64,000 bases of DNA from a virus. The stretch spans positions 96,001 to 160,000 of IMG/VR virus record IMGVR_UViG_3300035681_000001; one strand, written 5' to 3'. The notes beneath the pieces were generated by a model that was given only the letters and a program-made list of their open reading frames with translations, was not told the DNA's origin and ran no database searches. Within the stretch, counting starts at the first letter, position 1. Every line of letters starts with the position of its first letter. The position numbers were made by a program, and so were the translations under genes. This document shows positions 45,071-55,231 of the stretch, one piece after another.

Positions 45071-46024
45071 ATGACTACTACTAACGCCAACACTGCCACT
45101 GCTGCCGCAACTCAAGCTCAAGCCGTCGCTGCTGGGTGTAAACGGTCGCAACCTTATGCTTTCTTCGTGAAAGAGGTCGCAAAGGATGAAAATCTCGCTC
45201 GTTGCGTACCAGCGTGCTTCAAAGCACAGGCCCAAAAAGGTGCTTCATGCTTTTCGCTGTCTAGCGAAGACATAACCCAGCGTCGTTTCTCGATCGTCAT
45301 CAACGATCCGACGTTGATGCAACCGGAAATGGGAATGCTGCTGGACGACGAGACCAAAGCTAGTTTCTCGGAACTCCCGCTTAGTGCAACTGCACCTGGT
45401 AACAGGTACGCATATTTGCAAGCCAAAGTGTTGGAGCACTACAAACAAGCCTTTCAAGCCGGCAACAACCCGTACACCGGCGTGAAGCTGAAGTTGCACC
45501 TTAGTGCAATTATGGACTCACAAGGCAAAATGGTGATTCAAGTTCCTGGTGCTAAAGAGTTGCCTGAGGGTACCGGTTGGCTTAAGGGCTTTAAATCAGC
45601 CACTCTTCTGGTGGGCCCTGAATACGTAGAGCAAGGGCTTTTCTCTCTAGAGGAGTACCACGGGCTGCACGAATACGCCACTTTGGCGGGTCTTATTACC
45701 CAACTCGACGGTACCCGTTACAGCTCAGTAAACGCCAAGCAGCGTCAGTATCTAACCCCTAAACCAGGGGTTGAGGCTACATTTCAGTTCCAGATGGTTC
45801 CTAGGCTAAATCCTACCAGTAACGTTTACGTGCCTGGCCTAGCCGACATCCGTTGGTTTGGATTCATGGTAGTTGGTCTCAATAGCGGCGGTCTCGCACA
45901 AGAAACCGCACGCCCGGCAACCACAGCTCCTCAGGAAACTGCTGACCTGCCCCCACTGCCTCCCCTGCCCGTACCTACTACTGCCCCGGTACCTACTACC
46001 GAGGACGAGGACATTAAGTTCTAA
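45071..46024 (+). CDS. Putative single-stranded DNA-binding protein
   Basis: Flexible Pro/Thr linker ending in an acidic tail with a terminal aromatic residue (TEDEDIKF), the typical SSB C-terminal pattern; A-rich leader; followed by a terminator. Confidence 0.5.
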   Translation: MTTTNANTATAAATQAQAVAAGCKRSQPYAFFVKEVAKDENLARCVPACFKAQAQKGASCFSLSSEDITQRRFSIVINDPTLMQPEMGMLLDDETKASFSELPLSATAPGNRYAYLQAKVLEHYKQAFQAGNNPYTGVKLKLHLSAIMDSQGKMVIQVPGAKELPEGTGWLKGFKSATLLVGPEYVEQGLFSLEEYHGLHEYATLAGLITQLDGTRYSSVNAKQRQYLTPKPGVEATFQFQMVPRLNPTSNVYVPGLADIRWFGFMVVGLNSGGLAQETARPATTAPQETADLPPLPPLPVPTTAPVPTTEDEDIKF

Positions 46025-46050
46025 AAAGCCTAGCTTAAAGCAGCTTAACC

Positions 46051-46076
46051 AGCCCCCTTAACCGGGGGCTTTTTTT
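46051..46076 (+). terminator. Intrinsic terminator (same hairpin as element 14, without the following G/hairpin)
   Basis: AGCCCCC TTAACC GGGGGC TTTTTTT AAAT. Confidence 0.8.
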
Positions 46077-46151
46077 AAATAACCGGGAGCTTTTTTAAAC
46101 AAACAAAGGGGCTCACTAAAAAAAGCAAAGCACTCGGTAAAGAAAAAACCA

Positions 46152-46670
46152 GTGAACCCTACACGCTTTCGAGGCACTGTACTGACAACGGAATTCGTCC
46201 CTAAGTTGGACGAAAACCTTAGTTCGGCTCGGCAGTGTAATATGCCCGTACGAGCCCTACGGCTCCGGTTGTCAGTAACACACGCCCAACCTGAAACTGA
46301 ATCTCCTGAGGGAGATTGGTACGAGATTAGGGAGCCCGGTTACCCTGATATCATAGTAGATCAACTAGTAGGCTACACCCCCGGACAAATCCACCTCTGG
46401 GCTGGGCCTGAAGAATCCCGCTACGGCGGTAGTTATGACTTTGACCTAGAAGCCGCTACTGAAGTATGGGTTTGGTCACCTAATGATACCCCTAAAGTTA
46501 AATACATTAGCTATAACTGTCCACGACGTAGCTCCCGAGAAACCGGTAGTCGGGTGTTGCATCAATTTACATACCCAAACGTGTTTCAGCGAGTGGAGCA
46601 ATCACTAGCACTAGCTCCCCCTAACGTTGAAAAATGCGTAATGCCGCTGCCGCTGCCGCTGCCGGTTTAG
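46152..46670 (+). CDS. Hypothetical protein
   Basis: 172-aa ORF, GTG start. Confidence 0.55.
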   Translation: MNPTRFRGTVLTTEFVPKLDENLSSARQCNMPVRALRLRLSVTHAQPETESPEGDWYEIREPGYPDIIVDQLVGYTPGQIHLWAGPEESRYGGSYDFDLEAATEVWVWSPNDTPKVKYISYNCPRRSSRETGSRVLHQFTYPNVFQRVEQSLALAPPNVEKCVMPLPLPLPV

Positions 46671-46900
46671 GTGTTTTACTGGCATTACCCGCATGGTTCT
46701 TAAAAGACTCATCGAACCTCAGTAAAAAAGCGTACCGCTACGAAGGCCCGTATGTAATAACACGGGCCTTTCCTAACCGTACCTACACCGTGCGGGTCTC
46801 CAACCAACTCGTAACAGTCAGTTCACTAACACCACTACCACCCACTGGCATCGCAGTAATCACCAATGACGGCTTCGCTAAAACTATTAGTAGGCGCTAG
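46634..46900 (+). CDS. Small signal-peptide/membrane-anchored protein
   Basis: Hydrophobic N-terminus followed by a small beta domain. Confidence 0.55.
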   Translation: MRNAAAAAAAGLGVLLALPAWFLKDSSNLSKKAYRYEGPYVITRAFPNRTYTVRVSNQLVTVSSLTPLPPTGIAVITNDGFAKTISRR

Positions 46901-47219
46901 TATCGGACTTATCGTACTCGCGTTGCTTAACCCACCACCACCCACCGCCACCACCACTTATGCTACACGTGCTACTGTTATCAGCTCCACTACCCCCGGT
47001 AACTACATTAGTACGCCCGGTGGAGTGCTGGCCATTAATGACCGGCTCGCTGTTGGTTCTACTTGGACTAACGTTAAGGTTACTGCCGGCAGATTCTCCG
47101 GCACGCTAGTCCGTGGGGCTGGCGGGAACGTATGCCGCAGTCTTTTAAGCCCCGAGGCCAGGAGGAGTACCCTTTATCGTGATAAAGAAACCGGTACGTA
47201 CGGGGTACTAGAATGCTAA
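46866..47219 (+). CDS. Small signal-peptide/membrane-anchored protein
   Basis: Hydrophobic N-terminus followed by a Thr-rich beta region. Confidence 0.55.
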   Translation: MTASLKLLVGASIGLIVLALLNPPPPTATTTYATRATVISSTTPGNYISTPGGVLAINDRLAVGSTWTNVKVTAGRFSGTLVRGAGGNVCRSLLSPEARRSTLYRDKETGTYGVLEC

Positions 47220-48250
47220 TATTTATCCCACTAGGTTTAATAGCCGTATTTACAGGTGCTCATGGAATCGGGTCCAGTTACCTAGCAGCCGCCTTAGCAC
47301 TAGGAGTTTGTAATTGGGTAGGTCTCAGCCCTACTGATACTACTTCTATAACGGTAGGTTGTTACTTGTTAAACCTACTAGCTGGTGCAGCTCATGAATT
47401 TGGTGGCACGTCTTCAGATGCAGCTTTGGCACTAGGGGCCTATACCCCGGAACCCGTACCGGTAAGGATACTGCAGTGCAGTAATTGGAAAGCCGCCGCG
47501 TTAGGCATAAGTGCGTGCTTGCCTATAGGTAACCCACCTCACCTAATGGGTGTAGGCGGGTTGGTGCTGGCGGGTATATTACTACTACTAGTACGTAAGC
47601 TCAGCACCGGCGTGTTGGTAGTGGTAGTAGCTTCCGGAGTGTTATACGCTATAGCGTGGCACTTGGTAGCACCTACTAGTACCCTAGCTTCACTAGGGTT
47701 AATAGCTGGGTTGTTCGTACCTAGCTTATTGTGGCCCGGACCTGCACGCCCCACCGACCCAGAAACTTACCCTAACCCGCTAGGTGTATTAGCCGCTGGG
47801 TTTTACAGTTGGATAACTCCTGGTTTCACTACTGGTCTGGCTACTACTACGTTGTTAAACCCTACTATTTACCGCCCAGCAGTAACAGCTGTAATCGGCG
47901 GGGCTATAGAAGGTTGGAACCTACAGCTAATAGAACGCGGCGGGGAATCTAGTAAAACCCCACTAGGTAACTTACTAGGTACTCAACTAGAACCGTGCCA
48001 CGGCATGATTCTACTAGCGGTGACGTTAGCCTTGGTAACTTTCTTTTTCCCTATAGGGAATAGATTCGTACCGCACGCCAGGTGGGTTTCCATAGGGTCT
48101 TTAATAACCCAATCCGTGTTGACCACTGGGGTAATAGGAACCTTAACGTTCCTAGTAGCCGGGGTGTTAGCTCGTTACCTACAAACACTAGTACCGGGTT
48201 CAGAAGAAACCCGCAGTTTAGCTTTCCTAATCCCCGTAGCTACTAGCTAG
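47213..48250 (+). CDS. Polytopic membrane protein (TctA/DUF112-like, tentative)
   Basis: Many Gly/Leu/Ala-rich hydrophobic segments. 'LAAGFYSWITPGFTTGLA' resembles TctA G-x-x-PG helices. Confidence 0.55.
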   Translation: MLIFIPLGLIAVFTGAHGIGSSYLAAALALGVCNWVGLSPTDTTSITVGCYLLNLLAGAAHEFGGTSSDAALALGAYTPEPVPVRILQCSNWKAAALGISACLPIGNPPHLMGVGGLVLAGILLLLVRKLSTGVLVVVVASGVLYAIAWHLVAPTSTLASLGLIAGLFVPSLLWPGPARPTDPETYPNPLGVLAAGFYSWITPGFTTGLATTTLLNPTIYRPAVTAVIGGAIEGWNLQLIERGGESSKTPLGNLLGTQLEPCHGMILLAVTLALVTFFFPIGNRFVPHARWVSIGSLITQSVLTTGVIGTLTFLVAGVLARYLQTLVPGSEETRSLAFLIPVATS

Positions 48251-48571
48251 CCGGGGGTTTTTTGACGTAACAGCCTTTAACCTACTAGTACCTACCTAAG
48301 CTAGTGACCCTAACACCGTACGTGGAGTTAAAACTCACCTAGCGCGGCAACCTTAGTGACTACCCAGCTAGGTAGTACCGCGCCCGTTAAAGGTACTAGG
48401 TGACCACTAAAGTGTGACACTTGATAAACCGGCACTAAAAACTTGATTTTTACCTTTGCTCTTTTTTTACTTTACGTGCGTAAAAAAGATGCTAGTATTA
48501 GTCAAGGGGACACCCCTGCTAATTACCTACCGACTACACTACCAGCTTCACTACCAAGGGCTAGACCGAAT

Positions 48572-48704
48572 TCCCACAGCACCTAGAGCACCCACAGCAC
48601 CGTACCGAATTACGTTTAGTAAGACATCCCAAAGCGAATCCCACGGCCAGAGCGAATTCCGACCTAAAGCGAAACCCACGGCCAGAGCGAATTACGTTTA
48701 GTAA
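48572..48704. repeat. Interleaved direct repeats in the non-coding gap
   Basis: CCCACAGCACC x2; CGAATTACGTTTAGTAA at 48606 and 48688; AAAGCGAA(T/A)CCCACGGCCAGAGCGAATT at 48631 and about 48667. Confidence 0.85.
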
Positions 48705-48826
48705 AACCTGAAACGACCCCCACTGAGCCTAAAAACACCTGCTAGGCAGGGTAGCTTTTAACTAGTATTTACTAAGACCTAACTAACAGACTTTACTAAA
48801 TACCAGTTAAAGGTTAAAATTTTTAG

Positions 48827-48880
48827 GGTAACAGCCCGGATAGGATAATATTTTTTTGAGGTAACAGCCCGGATAGGATA
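48827..48880. repeat. Exact 21-bp direct repeat GGTAACAGCCCGGATAGGATA x2
   Basis: Copies at 48827-48847 and 48860-48880, separated by an AT-rich spacer. Confidence 0.9.
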
Positions 48881-49931
48881 CTGTGTAGTAGTATGCTTTA
48901 AGGTGTGGGCTGTGTAAGCCCTAAAACCTGCTTTTACTTAAAGTTTTCGTCTAAGTCCTTTAAGGGGCTTATTTTTTTTGAGTGGTGTTTTCTTATTTAA
49001 AGCCGGTAAACCGGCTACTGTAAGTTTAGCTCCTTATTACCCTGCTACCTACTCTCTAGTTACTCAGTTAATCCTAAACCTTACCTATGCTAAGGTTTTA
49101 CCCTGCGGCTTTCTGCGCTTCTAGTCAGTATTATTCCCGGCCGCCGGGTCCTACCGTTTCACAGTCAGTTTTTAGCACCGGTTTTTACTACGAGTACCAC
49201 CCCAAGCAGCTATCACGACGACTAAGAAAGATTTTTTGAACTTTTTACCAGTATCACTTCATTAACTATTGAATGGCTAAAGTCAGCCCGCCCTAGGGTT
49301 CCTAGGCACGCGTCAACTACTAGTACCACCTCACTTACTTCCCCTAATGAAAACCCCAGGCTCTTTTGACCTTAACTTTTTTGGCCGGCGCTGAATTTGT
49401 TGCATCTCATGATGAATCTGGCCTAAGGTTAGGTCTTTCTAAGCCCGATTAACAACTACACCCTGAAATTAAAGTACCGCCTGAGGTAGATTGTTACTAC
49501 GATAACGGTAAGATTAACGCTTTTATGGACTTTTTAAATCAAACCTGACCTCACCGCTCATGACACTTTACTGCTATCGAGTCACCACCAAAGCTGGTAC
49601 TTTTGACGTAATGGCCGCCACACCAGCAAAAGCTATTAGCCAGGCTTTTTACCTTGCTAACACCCGACGGCCGCCGGTAGTCATTTCTTGTCTGCAAATG
49701 GGAGAATGGTAGGTTTGGAAGGACGGTAAATCAACTCAACCTGCTTACCCAACTTACTTTAAACAGCTCGCATCACCGTTTATCTCCAACCCGATGAAAC
49801 TATTCCTGAAGCTCTATTTAGAGTTTTAGGAATAGCACCATCCGAGAAAACAGTCCTTCCGCCAGGTATTGGTATTATTGGGAGCAACCTACGCTCCACA
49901 CGCATTACCCCTCCGCACATTTTTGAGAATC

Positions 49932-50216
49932 ATGACCTACCCACTTGATAAGTCTGGAAATGAAACCTGCATTCTTTTTCAAGGATCATGGAACGTAAAG
50001 GATGGAATAGCATCCTTTACCTCCTCGCTAACAAACACCATTAGTAGATACAACCGACAAGCTCTGGAGCTTGCTATTCAAAACGTAAAAAATACTCGCT
50101 CGTCGTACAAAACTTACGATGCCTATATAGCTAGCTTGTTTCATTTTCAGAGCGGATTGTCAATGCTTAATGCCCGCACTGGCCTGAAACTGAGCAGTAC
50201 CGCTGTCAAGTGTTAA
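49932..50216 (+). CDS. Hypothetical protein
   Basis: ATG 49932 preferred over TTG 49869. Confidence 0.55.
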   Translation: MTYPLDKSGNETCILFQGSWNVKDGIASFTSSLTNTISRYNRQALELAIQNVKNTRSSYKTYDAYIASLFHFQSGLSMLNARTGLKLSSTAVKC

Positions 50217-50743
50217 ACATGAAAGTAATCACAAAAAGCCGAAGATCGGGCAAAACAACCGAACTATTAAAGCTCGCTCAAAACTCTCAATATGCTTTTG
50301 TGTGTTGTGATTTACATGAATACCACAGAATAAAAGCGCTGCAGCCTAATATTCCTTTGTTTACGTTTAACGAGCTAAAACGCCAAGCGTGCAAAGGTTA
50401 TAAGATTAAGGGATTTGTTATTGACAATGCCGACCTGTGTATTCCTAATACAATTTGGACTGATAACTGGGAGGATGCTCAGACAGAGCTGATTGAATTG
50501 TCGGCAAAACACTGGAAATATATCTCTGTCTGTGAGCATTCTCAAGCTTACTCCATAGCTACAAAAGCAAAAGAGTTAGGCTATAACATTCCTTTTCCTG
50601 TTTTGCATAACGAACGCTGCCACGTCAAACCAACACTGTTTTTCGATCCAGAAAAGTACTTGCAAAAGATTGCCGGCGGACCCATTGAGTATGTGACTAC
50701 TTCTAGTGTTAACACTTGTTACCTAACACTGCCACATCTCTAA
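50210..50743 (+). CDS. Small P-loop NTPase-like protein
   Basis: 'SRRSGKTT' Walker A and 'VIDNAD' Walker B-like segment. Confidence 0.6.
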   Translation: MLNMKVITKSRRSGKTTELLKLAQNSQYAFVCCDLHEYHRIKALQPNIPLFTFNELKRQACKGYKIKGFVIDNADLCIPNTIWTDNWEDAQTELIELSAKHWKYISVCEHSQAYSIATKAKELGYNIPFPVLHNERCHVKPTLFFDPEKYLQKIAGGPIEYVTTSSVNTCYLTLPHL

Positions 50744-51492
50744 TGAGCGTCACCTTTTTGCTGCAAGTAGGTCCTGTAATGACCTCAGAAAAAGTGATTT
50801 GTGTCTTTTCTAACTATTCCTATAAGTTCTGTAAGTATGAAGACCTAAAGAAAATACCCACTAGCCGGCGCTTTGAGTACGTACCGGTAGGTTCTGTAGA
50901 GTGGACCTGTGCTTATTGTCAACACGTAGGTATTACCCTACCACCTAGCATTTCATACCTTGGCGACTCACACTTACACCGTAAGGTCCGTAAAGGGCAG
51001 TACCACGAAGCTGGTATCGACGAATTTGTAAAACCTGTACAAACCAAGATCTTTACGGGTAACCTTAAGCGGGCTTTAGTAACTGAACAACCGCTAATTG
51101 ATCCTAACACTGAAGTCTGGATTTCTGAACCGGTAACATTCGAGTCAGAATTCCGGTTCTATATACACGACTATGCACACGGACCTGAAATCAAAGGGTG
51201 GGCTAGGTATGACGATCTTTCAATAGACAACCCAGACCCAGACCACGAATTAGTAAGGCGTATTGCTGCAGAACTACACTCCAGCCTAGGACCTGGAGCG
51301 TATTCAATTGACATCGGGTGGCGACCTGACCTACAACGCTACACTTTAGTAGAACTTAACGATGGGTGGTCATTAGGGTACTATGCTGGTATGCACAGCC
51401 CTACTAGGCAACAATACGCCGACATGCTAGTTGACCGCTGGCTGCAGATTCTCCTACAACTGCCCTTAAACAAAGTAAACCACGGACTCTAA
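50743..51492 (+). CDS. ATP-grasp protein, R2K clade (DUF4343-like)
   Basis: 'FVKPVQTKIFTG', 'VWISEPVTFESEFRFYI', 'AYSIDIG', 'LVELNDGWSLGYY'. Confidence 0.75.
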   Translation: MSVTFLLQVGPVMTSEKVICVFSNYSYKFCKYEDLKKIPTSRRFEYVPVGSVEWTCAYCQHVGITLPPSISYLGDSHLHRKVRKGQYHEAGIDEFVKPVQTKIFTGNLKRALVTEQPLIDPNTEVWISEPVTFESEFRFYIHDYAHGPEIKGWARYDDLSIDNPDPDHELVRRIAAELHSSLGPGAYSIDIGWRPDLQRYTLVELNDGWSLGYYAGMHSPTRQQYADMLVDRWLQILLQLPLNKVNHGL

Positions 51493-51553
51493 ATGAACGA
51501 CTGTTGGAGTTGCACTCATTTAGAAAAAGAACACATTCAACCACTAGCTAAAA

Positions 51554-54077
51554 ATGGCGCACCTTAAACCCGTCAAAGAACTTAAAAAGTTAGACCTCTA
51601 CTTTCAGCACTTGGAGTCAATAGACTCCATGATAACTAGTATTGATGAGTTTAAAGCATCACTAATCCAGTTTAAAGAAGAAGGATGGGAAGGTAATGAG
51701 TGGGATGGTTCACTAGGTAGCCTTTACAAATTTCACTGGGTAGAAGATGAAGAATATGACCGAGCAATCACTTTAGCCCTACAAAACAAACCTAGCTGGG
51801 ATGAAGCTCCAGAAGACGCAGAATCTCTAGCTATTGCTATTTGGGATTCTGACTACCAATACCAGTGGGTGTGGTTTTATCACCGAGACCCTATAGATAC
51901 CGTTTTTGCTGAAAACCGACCTACAAGTAAAAAATGACTGACGATCCTAGACCTCAAGCAGCACAACGAATTGCAGATGCTTTCTATTGTAAAGTCCCAC
52001 CAAACTACCAACAAGGAGGACTTAGCGCTGCCCTTCGTCAATTAATTGAAGAATGTGCATGAGGTGAAAACAAACAGAGTTTTTTTGTCTGTAAGAGACA
52101 TTGTTGACATTATCACTGAACTGGAATCGAAAAGACTACTTAACGAAATCTACCAAGAAGCAAAGCAGATCTACGAATCTCGTCTCAGCTGGGGAGAAAA
52201 GTATCATTTGATTTTTTCCGAGAGGATTTCCAAACAAACATCATTTAGTTGGTGTGATCCAGACACATCATACAAAGATGATGTAACCGCATACATGGAC
52301 GGATTTGATTACTACATGGTGAATCAAAATGACTAATCTCCTAGTGACCCTAAATGCTTATCAAGCCCTAATACTATGTTGGGGTATTGCAGTCGCACTT
52401 AACCTACTACCTCAATGAAAACAACCGGCCGCATACCACTTCCAGAATATCAAACTGAACCAAAGGTTTACACTCTTCAAATCACTGAAAAGCAGGTCCA
52501 AGCACTTAAAAAAGCAACAGACCTGCTAATGAGAGTTCAACTGGGTCAGTGGAGAGAAATCACAGACCACCTGCCTCTAAAACAACCAATTGATTATGCT
52601 GAGCTTCATCAACACCTAGACCTTATTGGTAGGATTTTATCTGTTTACCTAATTGATTCAATTGATGGTTATGGTTCATCATTAGGTGTTGGGCACAAAA
52701 AACTTCCAGAGTCTAATAGCATCCTTTATGACCTTCATTGCATACTTCGCCGGCAACTCGCCGTTGAGAGAGCAGTTGAAAGCGGTCAGATTGAAAATGA
52801 AAATGTTCCTAGGAGTCAAATGCCTTGCGGTGTAGATTTTGATACTCCTTACCATTGGGGGTCTGAACCGTTAGCAAAAATTGAGAGAAGATCCAATGAA
52901 AAGACTATTTGAATTTCTATTTCCCGCAGGAGCAAAATGAAAGCTTATAAAGTTGAGTTACTGATAGTAGATTCAGAAAACGTAGGTGAACAGGAGATTG
53001 TACACTCACTTCAGAGTGTAAGGTACTTGTACCCCACCGTAAAATCCATACAAGCTAGAGACATTGGGTACTGGCATGACGACCACCCTCTAAACCAAGG
53101 CGATGAAAGCTACTATCAAAAGTTGTTTAAAGACCCTTTAAGTATGAAATGAAATTTTATTATGTGGAGTGGGATGACTATTCTTTTCATGAAATTGAAG
53201 GCGAATATGTTGAAGTTTCACGAAAATTTCAACATAGAGGTAAATATGCTAAACTTGAAGGGTTAAAAAAACCTGTACCAATTGATTATGATTCTCTTTC
53301 TATAATTCATCCAAATTATAGTTCAAGTCTGGAAAAGTTAAGAAATGAAGTAATTGAATGGGTAGAAGGTCATATACTATATCACAAATATCACTTAGAG
53401 CAAACTGAAAAGACACTTGGTGAAATTAAAAATAGTCTAGAATGCCTAGAAAGAAGGACTAAGCACCTCTTTGAGGTGTTTCCTCAAAAACTACATCATG
53501 AACCCAAACCTACACTTCAAGAATTTACACCATGAGCACACTACACCTCAGCGCTTCCAGAGAAGTTTACACAAAATCTGGCAAGAAGGACACTCAAACA
53601 AAGTTCATTGATCTTCTTCAAACTCCGACTGAAATCACTTATAAAATCTTAGAGTCCGGTACTTTTGAAGAGCAATTAGACGCTTATTGTAAGTGGTCTG
53701 AGCAACAAGAAGCTGAACGGGCAACAGACGAACACTACCCAGACGACTGGATGGAAATCTACGATAGTGAGATTCGATCTAAGGAATCTTACTTAACTTT
53801 TGATATTGACATTGAACGGCATACGGCTTCAGGATACTCAGCCGAAGTTTACGATAACCTTACAATCTTAAGGGTAGTGCTTAAAGGTGAACCTGAGTTT
53901 GATGAAATCTTGAGTCAAAAAGATAAGGATATGGCTTTTATACACCACAACGAAGCCCAGAATCATATCGGTGTAGGTTATCGTTTAGTGGTAGAAGCTA
54001 CAAATTCAGCCTCAGTTCGCAAGCAAATTTCCGCAATGCGGAGAGACGATTATGAATTGGAGTTCTTTGCTATGTAA
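51554..54077 (+). other. Run of small hypothetical CDS (51554..51937, 52046..52336, 52415..52912, 52937..53152, 53149..53535, 53532..54077)
   Basis: Co-oriented, tightly packed ORFs with coupled overlaps; no recognised motifs. Confidence 0.6.
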
Positions 54078-54130
54078 GCAAAAAGTAATCTTGAAACTAG
54101 CACATCAAACTACTTCAATCGGAATTTACA

Positions 54131-54296
54131 ATGCCAGTGACAACTGCTTACAACATCTACACTGAAGAAGACAATCAAGCAGACGGCGACCACGAGGGAG
54201 TGGTTCAGTACGTCAAATAGTTACACTCAAACCAGACCTTTTGAAGACTGGTATGAAGACGCTGAGCTAGTGGTAGTCTCCTGCAGGCCCTTGTAG
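54131..54296 (+). pseudogene. Small ORF with an internal TAG
   Basis: MPVTTAYNIYTEEDNQADGDHEGVVQYVK*LHSNQTFEDWYEDAELVVVSCRPL*, with TAG at 54218-54220. Confidence 0.4.
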
Positions 54297-54359
54297 GAAC
54301 ACCGCTTGACACTAAAGCGTACCTCTAATTTCACTAACCCCACTAACCTCACTAACCTA

Positions 54360-55022
54360 ATGACCACGAGGCCTTCCACAATCGACCAGCTACTTGATTA
54401 CTGGCCAGGAAACATTCCCTTTAAGACAAAACTAGTTAGCGATGACGGTTGCATGTGCGCCCAGGCTCAGGCGCTGTATTTTCTGGGAAATCTGACTGAT
54501 GATGAAATCCGCGCCATGGGTCAAGCCGACGCTGATAGGCGAGTTGCCAAACTGTTTGGGATTAGCCTTGCTCACTCGGTCTTGCTGCGCATTGTAAACG
54601 ACGGGCAAAAGGGTGCGCCTTCTAGTGTAATTAGAAATCCGGAACAAGTTTTAGGAGATCAAGCGCACGCTGTCCTTGCGTTTTGGCGGCATCTTGATGG
54701 TATAACGCCAGCAGCCTGGGCACCAGTCAAGGCAGCAACCGAGGCAGCAGCCGAGGCAGCAACCATAGCCAAAAGAACAGCTGAGGCAGCAGCTGAGGCA
54801 GCAGCCGGGGGAACAGCCAAGGTAGCAGCCTGGGGAGCAGCCATGGCATCAGCCATGGTAGTACCCAGCTCAAGACCCAACGCAGCAGCCTACGCTTCCA
54901 ACGAGATCCAGGGCGCTGCTGTTATGTGTGCAAACAATAAACCGTTTTTCTATTTGCCGCTATTTGGGTTTTCAGATCCACAAGCGGTAATTGATGCTTC
55001 TGAGACCAATACCACTTGTTAA
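54360..55022 (+). CDS. Hypothetical protein with Ala-rich repeats
   Basis: 'GCMCAQAQ' motif; AAEAAA repeats; ATG 54360 after CACTAAC repeats. Confidence 0.65.
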   Translation: MTTRPSTIDQLLDYWPGNIPFKTKLVSDDGCMCAQAQALYFLGNLTDDEIRAMGQADADRRVAKLFGISLAHSVLLRIVNDGQKGAPSSVIRNPEQVLGDQAHAVLAFWRHLDGITPAAWAPVKAATEAAAEAATIAKRTAEAAAEAAAGGTAKVAAWGAAMASAMVVPSSRPNAAAYASNEIQGAAVMCANNKPFFYLPLFGFSDPQAVIDASETNTTC

Positions 55023-55183
55023 CTAATGAAATATGAACAGCAACTGGCAGCTATTTTTCAAATCCACGCAGTTCCTGAAAAGGTACAAATAGAGCTTAGA
55101 GCTCTATTTAAGAAAAGTAACCGCGAGTCCTTTCACCAAGGTTGGGCAGAGTGTGACACAAACAGGTCATACGATTAACCAAC

Positions 55184-55228
55184 CCCACTAATCCCACTAA
55201 TCCCACTAATCCCACTAATCCCACTAAT
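55184..55228. repeat. Tandem 9-mer CCCACTAAT x5
   Basis: Ends 3 nt before ATG 55232. Confidence 0.95.
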
Positions 55229-55231
55229 CCA

